Source of the DNA: Thermoproteota archaeon
GTDB taxonomy: Archaea > Asgardarchaeota > Njordarchaeia > Njordarchaeales > Panguiarchaeaceae
Direction: 5' to 3'
DNA length: 13,163 nt
Assembly: GCA_024720975.1 (NCBI GenBank)
Contig: JANJXX010000016.1
Location: 1-13,163 of the forward strand
This document shows positions 1-6,888 of the stretch, piece by piece. Both the position numbers and the translations under genes were made by a program. The stretch's first letter is position 1. Every line of letters starts with the position of its first letter. The notes beneath the pieces were generated by a model. That model saw nothing but the letters and a program-made list of their open reading frames with translations. It searched no databases and had not been told where the DNA came from.

Positions 1-160
1 TTTCTGTGTAGGAGATTTGACCATCGTGTTAACCATATGTTTTTGTAAGCACGCTTTTTCCTTTATAATTTTTGCCTTTTGTTTGATAGTTTTTCTGAGA
101 TCTTTATCGCCCATCTGGCTGGTATTCTGCATCTATGTGATGATTCTGAGCTATTATACA

Positions 161-604
161 CCCAGCAGCCTTAATTATAACCTTGACATCTTTACCGCCT
201 AAGAGGACTTCAGACGTAATCCTGCAATTCCCTCTTCAATGCTCCGCTTGATCTAGCTGACTTCAGGCGGCATCGGAGCATTTTTGTTACATCAACCAAC
301 CTTAACACATTGAATCAACTTGTGTAGAATTAGCCTCTCATCATGCTTAGTCCACCCCCCATATGACCGCCTTAATCCAGGCAATTGCTTGATCAATATC
401 ACGCCTGGTCACACACTCCAGATCAAAGTCCCATGATGCAGGGGAGAGTCGGAGTTAACTGCAATTTTGCTTATTCTGCTGTGGAGACACCAAGCTTACT
501 AAGTTATCCAGAAATTGGGAGCAGCCTCACCGTTATAACTGTCTAGCGATGACCTGCCTATAGCGCTTAGAACCCTTATTATAACTGTAAATAGCGCTCC
601 TCAT
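161..604 (-). pseudogene. Degraded N-terminal part of an archaeal tyrosine recombinase/integrase (multiple frameshifts and stops; catalytic domain absent)
   Basis: Manual translation across frames from ATG 604 gives MRSAIYSYNKGSKRYRQVIAR / NGEAA / QFLDNLVS / LGVSTA / RISKIAVN / DFDLECVTRRDIDQAIAWI / RRSYGGWTKHDERLILHKLIQCVKVG*CNKNAPMPPEVS*IKRSIEE / CRITSEVLLGGKDVKVIIKAAG. This follows, in order, the N-terminal SAM-like region of archaeal tRNA-associated integrases as I recall it (D-x-E-R-x-x-A-W-I-N...W-T-K-H-D...L-R-K-L-I-Q...P-E-V-S-W-I...L-L-T-x-E-E-V-K-x-x-I-x-A-A). It starts 57 nt past the tRNA 3' end. Confidence 0.8.
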
Positions 605-661
605 GTTGAATTCATTATTCCAAACTTAAAAGAAGTAGGGAATTTGGAACTCTAGAGACAG

Positions 662-744
662 TGCCGGGGGCGGGACTTGAACCCGCGAGGCGCAAACGCC
701 ATCGGATCTCGAGTCCGACGCCGTGCCAGCTCGGCAACCCCGGC
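662..744 (-). tRNA. tRNA-Ser (anticodon CGA), long variable arm, no intron, CCA not encoded
   Basis: Reverse complement folds as GCCGGGG TT GCC GAGCTGGCAC GGC G TCGGA CT-CGA-GA TCCGA T GGCG TTTG CGCC TC GCGGG TTCAAGT CCCGC CCCCGGC A. Acceptor, anticodon, variable and T stems all pair perfectly. Confidence 0.96.
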
Positions 745-881
745 CTTTGTATGGACGCCAGCGACATCAAGCTAGTTGTCTATAATATTAACTGATTTAT
801 TGATGTGCCTATATAATCCCTAACCGAAAGTTCTTCCTTAAGAAAAAGGTGGAGGCGACTAAAGTGCAGCTGTAGGATATG

Positions 882-1082
882 TCAGATCTCTTGTAGCAAT
901 TTTTTCAAGGATTGATTTTCTGGTAACTTATCAAGTAGCTCCTTATTGCTTTCTAGAATTCTTTGAACGTGCTGCCTTATTGCTTCTCGTATGAACTCAG
1001 AACGCGAACCGTAAAGTCCTAACTCGTAGACTATAAAGTCTATGAGTTTGACTAATTGACCGGAAATTTTTATCGTAATCAT
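882..1082 (-). CDS. Ribbon-helix-helix (CopG/Arc/MetJ family) transcriptional regulator
   Basis: MITIKISGQLVKLIDFIVYELGLYGSRSEFIREAIRQHV has an alternating beta-strand followed by the SRSEFIREAI helix motif. Start is uncertain: ATG at 1082 chosen, but the frame is open to GTG 1157. Confidence 0.85.
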   Translation of the reverse strand: MITIKISGQLVKLIDFIVYELGLYGSRSEFIREAIRQHVQRILESNKELLDKLPENQSLKKLLQEI

Positions 1083-1178
1083 TCGTGTTTGATTTTGTAA
1101 CAAAGCGTACACCCGTTTAGGGCTCTGGACTAATAGGATAAAAGTCAAAAAAAGCACTAAATAAATGTTGCTTGTTAC

Positions 1179-1186
1179 TTTATAAA
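1179..1186 (-). promoter_or_regulatory. Candidate TATA box (TTTATAAA) for the RHH gene
   Basis: Consensus archaeal TATA in the intergenic region upstream of the RHH ORF, next to an inverted repeat at 1191-1224. Confidence 0.4.
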
Positions 1187-1412
1187 GACAATATCCACGG
1201 GTTCATCATGGATTCGTGGAATATCCCCTATTAACTATTTGGTATTGCATAAGTATTTCGCTTTTAACATTATTGTTCTAATCAACTAAAATAACGTCTG
1301 GCTCCGATTTATTAAATATTGGCTGAAAAAGGCTGCAATCAAGATGAGTTAAAATGCGCTAAGATCCAGTTGCTTTGACAGCATCATCAATTGAATAAAT
1401 CTTTACACGGCA

Positions 1413-1436
1413 GCTTTTGCTGCTGGCAGCAAAAGC
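1413..1436 (-). terminator. Perfect inverted repeat/hairpin just downstream of the GTPase-longin unit
   Basis: GCTTTTGCTGC-TG-GCAGCAAAAGC (11-bp arms), 22 nt after the stop at 1459. No long U-tract follows, so terminator function is inferred from position only. Confidence 0.45.
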
Positions 1437-1458
1437 CTAATGAGTCAATTGCAATTCC

Positions 1459-2145
1459 TTAAGTCTTTAGAAACTGCTTAACGTTATCATATATACGTTT
1501 ATTTATAATTGCATATTTTTTATCGCTTAACTTCAAGATTATAAAGTCGCTAGGATTCTTTATGAAATCATTAACCACATGCCTATTGGCTGGATAAATA
1601 ATGTTAAATCCCAAATCTAGAATCACCATGTTATTTGCGAAATATGTATCCCCTAAAATTCTGTGTTCTACCCCTTCATACTCGTGTGGTTGACTAGCAT
1701 GAGAGGAACTAATTACTCCTTTTACAGCCGTGTAAACTTTCTTGACAAGTTTTTCTATTTCATGTTTAGTCAATAGTGAAACTTCTGATAAAAGCTCAAG
1801 GACACTTGACTCTATATGAGGTTCTATCTTCGATAATATCTCTACTATTGTTTCCTTTCCTAATCTTCCATCAAAGGCTAGTACTATAGCCGCTTTCTTG
1901 GCTTTTCTTGGCAGGGTTTCGTGCCTAATCAAGAAGGGATACGTATACACTATTAGAGAACCTGCCTCAAATAAAGCTTTGTTGTTCATGTACAGCGCAC
2001 TATCTGCTATTAAATAGTTGGTCTCTAGATCCAACGGAAAGCTCTCTGGCAAGATGTGTGATATTATCGGACCTTCTACCTCATCAAACTCTGCAAACCC
2101 AGCAAAGAATAGTTTTTTGTTAATCTCCCGCTCTTGTACACTCAT
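1459..2145 (-). CDS. NPRL2/Npr2-like longin (uDENN-type) domain protein, candidate GAP
   Basis: N-terminal FAEFDEVEGPIISHILPESF matches the longin/uDENN F-x-x-x-x-G-P hairpin (human NPRL2 from memory: [20 protein letters not shown]). YPFLIRHETLPRKAKKAAIVLAFD aligns without gaps to NPRL2 [24 protein letters not shown]. Overlaps the upstream GTPase gene by 26 nt. Confidence 0.75.
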   Translation of the reverse strand: MSVQEREINKKLFFAGFAEFDEVEGPIISHILPESFPLDLETNYLIADSALYMNNKALFEAGSLIVYTYPFLIRHETLPRKAKKAAIVLAFDGRLGKETIVEILSKIEPHIESSVLELLSEVSLLTKHEIEKLVKKVYTAVKGVISSSHASQPHEYEGVEHRILGDTYFANNMVILDLGFNIIYPANRHVVNDFIKNPSDFIILKLSDKKYAIINKRIYDNVKQFLKT

Positions 2146-3130
2146 GACCTATCGTCTCTAGATAAATTTTTGAAAATAGTACTTCAACCGCCTTCATTGC
2201 ATACGCATCTAGAGCATTGGCTTTATTCCTTGCATTGATCAATGTCAGACTGATGCTATGTTCCTTGCATTGAAATATATATGTCAATATCTCGCTTTCC
2301 TCCAGTGCTAAATTTAAACGAATTTTTATGGTTCTGGACGAGTTTAGCAACCTTATGTAAGCTTCATCTTTTAAGCTATTAGCGATCTCTTTCTCGCGCT
2401 CTAAGGACTCAATAATCCTCGCAGCAAACGCCGCTGACCATGACGTTAGGCCTGAGTTACCACTAAAAAATATAGGAAGTCCCATGCCATCGCCTATAAT
2501 AACGGCCTCAGCTTCTGCGTAGTCTCTAAGATAAGTTAGCATACCTTTTATAGAATTCACCGGAATAATCTTCGATAACACAAGGTCGGCAATAACTCCG
2601 AGCAATGAAGTTGGCATGAAAATACTGGTGTCGTATAAATGCAGATTTATATGCGGAAAGGTCTTTGAAATCTTCTGCATTACGCCATTACTGAAAATAT
2701 TCTTGACGCTCAACGATCCAGTAAGATCTTGTTTATGCGCCAGAAATGCTACCTCAATCTTTTCGCGAGGGAAGGTCTTTTGGAAAACTGCTTCTACTTT
2801 ATTCATGATTTCCATGAACTCCTTCAGATAATCGTCCATTTTTGTTCTTTCCGACGCGTCAACGACATACAAAATCACTGATTTAGGATCGATAATTCCG
2901 CACAAATATTCGAAGTTTCGAGCTTTGAATCGCTTCTGGCCGGGCGTTACGAAAATGTTCACTTGAAGCGCTAAAACTAGTGTTTTGAATCGCTCAATAG
3001 ACGTCGATGGTGTCGTGTTCAATGCAAATGACCTATTCGCTGTTGCAAGGAACCTTGCTATTGAGGTCTTTCCGGAGTTTGCTGGACCCAATATGAAAAT
3101 TTTTGCTACTCCATTCGACTGCGAGACCAT
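2120..3130 (-). CDS. Rag/Gtr-like small GTPase with C-terminal roadblock domain
   Basis: G1 GPANSGKTS, switch-I Thr (PSTSIE), G3 variant VTPGQ, ILYVVDAS strand, Rag-type G4 HKQD and G5 TSI. The C-terminal ~150 aa start with helix-strand-D-x-x-G-L-P-I (LTYLRDYAEAEAVIIGDGMGLPIFFS), typical of roadblock domains. Confidence 0.85.
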   Translation of the reverse strand: MVSQSNGVAKIFILGPANSGKTSIARFLATANRSFALNTTPSTSIERFKTLVLALQVNIFVTPGQKRFKARNFEYLCGIIDPKSVILYVVDASERTKMDDYLKEFMEIMNKVEAVFQKTFPREKIEVAFLAHKQDLTGSLSVKNIFSNGVMQKISKTFPHINLHLYDTSIFMPTSLLGVIADLVLSKIIPVNSIKGMLTYLRDYAEAEAVIIGDGMGLPIFFSGNSGLTSWSAAFAARIIESLEREKEIANSLKDEAYIRLLNSSRTIKIRLNLALEESEILTYIFQCKEHSISLTLINARNKANALDAYAMKAVEVLFSKIYLETIGHECTRAGD

Positions 3131-3262
3131 ATAAAATCACACTATTTTCTTAATGTTCAAGAAACCTATAACCCATCACGGGAGATTACATCCTCAAAGG
3201 ACTTCTTGATGTGCTTATAAGGCGTTTATGATTATTGTCCTAAGATTTACGGTGACCTACTA

Positions 3263-4591
3263 ATGAGAAAAGCTGAGATAACACCAGCCATCGAAAAAAT
3301 TCTTGAGTCCATTGGAATAGAGATTCCAACGATAACAGACTTGCCTAAGGATCCTAAGAGTCATAAATCAGCTGCAATTATCGGAACTGCTGGTCATGTT
3401 GATCATGGAAAAAGCACACTGGCAGAAGCACTGACTGGAAAATTCCCCTCAACACATAGTGAGGAGATTCTTCGAGGAATAACTATCTTTCTAGGTTATA
3501 CACATTTAGACATATACCTATGTTGCAGAGGTAACGAAAAACCCGTAGCACTCACTTCAAATGCAAACAAAAAATGCCCTCCCGGTGCAGGGCGTCATCA
3601 CGTTCGTTGCTACTCTGTACTCGATCAACCGGGCCACGAAATTCTATTATCCACAATGCTGGCTGGCGCTTCAATAATAGACTACGGACTCATAGTAATA
3701 GCCGCAAATGAACCTTGTCCAATGCCTCAAACAAGAGAACATACTGCTGCCCTAGAGGCTATGGGCATCAAGAAAATAATCGCTGTTCAAAATAAGATAG
3801 AACTGGTAGACGAAAAGAGGCTGCTAGAAAGCTACCAAGAAATTGTGGAGTTCTTCGATAAGGAAACCAGTCTTGGTGTCCCCGTAATAATACCTGCCAG
3901 CGCGGCATTAAGGATAAATGTAGATCTAATTCTAGCCGCAATATTAGAACACTTCACACCAATGAAGAGCGATACTAGTGGACCAACAATCATGTATGTG
4001 GCAAGATCTTTCGATGCAAATCGACCTGGAACATCCTTAGATAAACTCATAGGAGGCGTTATTGGGGGCGCTCTTAAGAGTGGAGAGTTGAAAGTTGGTG
4101 ATGAGATAGAAATCAGACCAGGAATAGTGACTGAGGAGGGTGAAGTAATCCCATTAATTTCTGAGGTAGCGAGCATACGTAACGATGCTGGGGAGTTCCT
4201 GGAGGCGGCACAACCTCACATGCTTATTGGAGTAGCTACCAACTTGGATCCAGCACTCGCTAAATCTGATAGACTTGTAGGAAATATTGCTGGGCGTCCT
4301 GCGGACTTACCTGATATCGTAGATAAAATCATTGTAAAAGATATTCACATGTTCGAGAGAATAGTAGGCGCTAGGGTTGAGATGAAGAACTATCCCCTAC
4401 GAAAGAACGAAGAAATAGTCATAAGCGTGGGTACCACCACTGTTCCAGGAATCGTCGACTCTGCTCAGGATGATACAGCAGAGATTGCTTTAAGACACCC
4501 CATCGCTATGCCCAAGGGAGAAAGAGTAGCGCTCTTAAGGGAAATAGAAAGAGAATATCGACTCGTTGGGTATGGCAGGCTTTACTACTAA
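3263..4591 (+). CDS. eif2g: Translation initiation factor 2 gamma subunit (aIF2-gamma)
   Basis: GTAGHVDHGKST, HSEEILRGITIFLGY, DQPGHE, ANEPCPMPQTREH, QNKIELV, RSFDANRPG...GGVIGG and terminal RLVGYG. GGTGA Shine-Dalgarno at 3251-3255. Confidence 0.95.
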   Translation: MRKAEITPAIEKILESIGIEIPTITDLPKDPKSHKSAAIIGTAGHVDHGKSTLAEALTGKFPSTHSEEILRGITIFLGYTHLDIYLCCRGNEKPVALTSNANKKCPPGAGRHHVRCYSVLDQPGHEILLSTMLAGASIIDYGLIVIAANEPCPMPQTREHTAALEAMGIKKIIAVQNKIELVDEKRLLESYQEIVEFFDKETSLGVPVIIPASAALRINVDLILAAILEHFTPMKSDTSGPTIMYVARSFDANRPGTSLDKLIGGVIGGALKSGELKVGDEIEIRPGIVTEEGEVIPLISEVASIRNDAGEFLEAAQPHMLIGVATNLDPALAKSDRLVGNIAGRPADLPDIVDKIIVKDIHMFERIVGARVEMKNYPLRKNEEIVISVGTTTVPGIVDSAQDDTAEIALRHPIAMPKGERVALLREIEREYRLVGYGRLYY

Positions 4592-4607
4592 AACTGCGAT
4601 AACGATC

Positions 4608-5153
4608 TCACCTAGACACTATAGACATTGATATTTTCTCTAAGATTGCTTTCAATAATACACTTTCAAGCGGCTCACTTCTAGATTCTGCTTGAAATGC
4701 AAGTTGAGCTTCATCAAGATCATATATGCTGAGGATTTTATTAATGTTAGCTTGACATGAGCTGGAAGCAACTTCTTCAATGACACCTTCACTCACTAGT
4801 TTGTTATATAATTCGCATACATCTGTGCTCTTAGAGTACATAACTAGCCAGCATACATTTGCTGAGATGCCTTTTATTATATCGATGACATCTCTTATTT
4901 GTGTCCTTGCAAAGAGACGAAGAAGAAACTCTATGTGAGACTTTTTTGCTATATTTTTTCCGCTATTTAGGAGTTCTAAAGTTAGATCTAGAATAAATTT
5001 TAAGATTACACCATTAACAACTAAATCACAAGGTATAACTTGAATTAAAGTATCGGTTCCACTGAAATTCTCAATCACTTCTAGAAGCTTCTGCCGATTT
5101 TTGACAGCAACTATTTTTATAACTTTATCAGTTTCCTCGTGAACTCTACTCAA
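4608..5153 (-). CDS. cgi121: KEOPS complex subunit Cgi121
   Basis: NIAKKSHIEFLLRLFARTQIRDVI matches the Cgi121 signature (N-x-A-x-x-x-x-x-E-h-L-h-x-h-x-x-x-x-Q-I-x-x-A-I). C-terminal ILEKIS and ~180 aa length also fit. TTG start. Confidence 0.85.
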   Translation of the reverse strand: MSRVHEETDKVIKIVAVKNRQKLLEVIENFSGTDTLIQVIPCDLVVNGVILKFILDLTLELLNSGKNIAKKSHIEFLLRLFARTQIRDVIDIIKGISANVCWLVMYSKSTDVCELYNKLVSEGVIEEVASSSCQANINKILSIYDLDEAQLAFQAESRSEPLESVLLKAILEKISMSIVSR

Positions 5154-5290
5154 TTTCTTTGACCTTAAACTAAGCCCTAATCTGTAACTTGGTAATACTC
5201 CATTAATATGGTGATATTAGCGCCATATGCAGGGTTCAACATCATAACTTATATATAGCGCCTGCTAGTATTAACAACGGGTGACTCAAT

Positions 5291-5506
5291 ATGAGTGATC
5301 AAATCCAGATATCAAGTATGCGGTTGATCACCTTGCATGTTCCCCAAAGATTTATTGAAGCCCTCGATGAACTTGTCGCTAAAGGATGGTATCCTAATAG
5401 AAGTGAAGCAATCCGTGTTGCTATTAGGGACTTCCTCAAGGAAATGAAGAAAATTATCGAGATGGAGCACAACAAAACAATCAACAAAGATTACCAGAAA
5501 CAATAA
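5291..5506 (+). CDS. Ribbon-helix-helix regulator, CdrS-like
   Basis: MRLITLHVPQRFIEALDELVAKGWYPNRSEAIRVAIRDFL carries the conserved (Y/F)PNRSEAIR motif. GGTGA SD at 5280-5284, with a TATA-like TTATATA upstream. Confidence 0.9.
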   Translation: MSDQIQISSMRLITLHVPQRFIEALDELVAKGWYPNRSEAIRVAIRDFLKEMKKIIEMEHNKTINKDYQKQ

Positions 5507-5927
5507 CCCAGTTGCGGTTTGAAAGAAAATAGCAAGTGACTCCCTCCTCCTTCAATCTTTTGGCTAAACCCATATCCATTGTTGCTACAGACGCCCTTAG
5601 CTTTTTTGCTGTTTTTATTAAGACTTCATCATAAAAGTCTCTTATTTTTCCTTCTTCATGTGCTTTAGAAACACACGCCAATGTATCTTCGTCAACGTCT
5701 ATGACTTCAATCCTTAACTGCTTTATAAACTCTAAAGCAAAATCTGCAGCAATACGAGTTTTTCCCTTTGCCCTACTACGTAAGAATTTTAGCTCCTCCA
5801 TAGTGGTATTAAGGACAGCCAATTCAGCACCTCCAGATATTTCTGATAAAGCGCTTTCGATATTTACTGTGAGCCCCTTTTTACCCTTAATAGGATACAT
5901 AAGAATCGACGAATCTAGTAGAACCAT
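5481..5927 (-). CDS. PIN-domain protein, Fcf1/Utp24-like archaeal family
   Basis: VLLDSSIL (first Asp), TMEEL, YDEVL and VATMD-x-x-LAKRLKEEGV give the PIN acidic set. Start reassigned to ATG 5927, 1 nt after the thiL stop, instead of the track's 5993. Confidence 0.88.
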   Translation of the reverse strand: MVLLDSSILMYPIKGKKGLTVNIESALSEISGGAELAVLNTTMEELKFLRSRAKGKTRIAADFALEFIKQLRIEVIDVDEDTLACVSKAHEEGKIRDFYDEVLIKTAKKLRASVATMDMGLAKRLKEEGVTCYFLSNRNWVIVSGNLC

Positions 5928-5928
5928 C

Positions 5929-6882
5929 CTACATTTTGGAGAAGTGCTCCCAGCCTTTTCTTGGAATTTTCCTTCCCCCAAGAAAAACACCACTACCTTC
6001 TGTAACCCTCCCGACTTTAATTGGTTCCCTCAGCTTGAGTTCTTTGAACACTTTAAGAACCTCTTCGTCACTCCTGTCCGAGGTAAAAACTATTATAAAT
6101 TCTTCTCCAGCATATAGAGCTAAGTCAAGTGGGTCTAAGTTGTTTACATTAGCGTAACTAATTACATGAGAGGATATCGGAACGCAATCGAGCTCAATAG
6201 CAACTCCACTTGCTGATGCTAAGTCATTAAGAGTAACTGCTAGTCCATCAGAGGAATCCATACTCGCCGTTGCGACTTTTTGAAGCGCTAAAGCATACTT
6301 ACTCTCTATCTTTGGTCTAAGGAATTCTTGAACTACGATATCGATACTCTCTATAGGAGAACCATTGGATAGCAAATAGTGAAGCGCTAAACCGCTATTA
6401 CCAAAGTGATCAGTTACCCAAACGGAGTCGCCAACCTTTGCTCCAGATCGTCTTATAGTTTTCCTTGCTAGGCCAAAACACGCAACAGAAATTACCAACT
6501 CAGCTCCGTCACCGAGATCACCACCGTAATATCCGCAGTTTAGAAAGTTGCAGGCATTTCTTATTCCTTTGATGATGTCTTCAAAGGATTTCACATCTAG
6601 TGAACCTGGAGCTGTTATAGATACAATTACCCCTCTCGGAAGGGCGCCTTTCGTTATTACATCACTTGCTGACATAACGACAGAGCGCCAGCCCACATCA
6701 TAGTATGACATTCCCCGTGGTTTATCTGTGCTCTCTACGAACGTATCTATATTCATTACTAGGAATTCCCCTCCTAAGCTTAAGATTACCGCATCCTCGT
6801 TCTTGAACTCAGGGGACTCGAGAAATGGATAAACAACTGACTCAAGAAGCTTTTTCTCTCCATAATCGCGCAGCTTGGGCAT
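5929..6882 (-). CDS. thiL: Thiamine-monophosphate kinase
   Basis: GEKKLL, EDAV, NIDTFVESTD, MSASDVITKGALP, GGDL, RSGAKVGD, SMDSSDGL, LYAGEEF and terminal GWEHF. Confidence 0.95.
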   Translation of the reverse strand: MPKLRDYGEKKLLESVVYPFLESPEFKNEDAVILSLGGEFLVMNIDTFVESTDKPRGMSYYDVGWRSVVMSASDVITKGALPRGVIVSITAPGSLDVKSFEDIIKGIRNACNFLNCGYYGGDLGDGAELVISVACFGLARKTIRRSGAKVGDSVWVTDHFGNSGLALHYLLSNGSPIESIDIVVQEFLRPKIESKYALALQKVATASMDSSDGLAVTLNDLASASGVAIELDCVPISSHVISYANVNNLDPLDLALYAGEEFIIVFTSDRSDEEVLKVFKELKLREPIKVGRVTEGSGVFLGGRKIPRKGWEHFSKM

Positions 6883-6888
6883 AATGAT

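Noticed and set aside
1-132. Minus-strand open frame MQNTSQMGDKDLRKTIKQKAKIIKEKACLQKH... running off the window
   Set aside because: Only 44 codons visible, with no motif or clear SD. It may be a real gene start but cannot be supported here.
17-202. 61-aa hydrophobic ORF on the + strand
   Set aside because: TTG start and no recognisable family. It is antisense to the integrase remnant and to an A-rich minus-strand frame, so the hydrophobicity is explained by T-richness.
533-588. Direct repeat TTATAACTGT (533-542, 579-588) with nearby ATAGCGCT copies
   Set aside because: Short, AT-rich, only two copies and inside the integrase remnant. Not a CRISPR or convincing iteron array.
1203-1209. C-box-like ATGATGA on the - strand (possible C/D sRNA or SECIS)
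   Set aside because: No suitably placed CTGA D box, the stem pairs poorly on that strand, and there is no candidate in-frame UGA selenoprotein nearby.
3263-4591. SelB or EF-1alpha identity for the translational GTPase
   Set aside because: The PQTREH, RSFD-x-N-x-PG and GGVIGG motifs are specific to a/eIF2-gamma.
5291-5927. RHH + PIN as a VapBC toxin-antitoxin pair
   Set aside because: The genes are convergent rather than co-transcribed, and the PIN protein looks like the housekeeping Fcf1-like family coupled to thiL.
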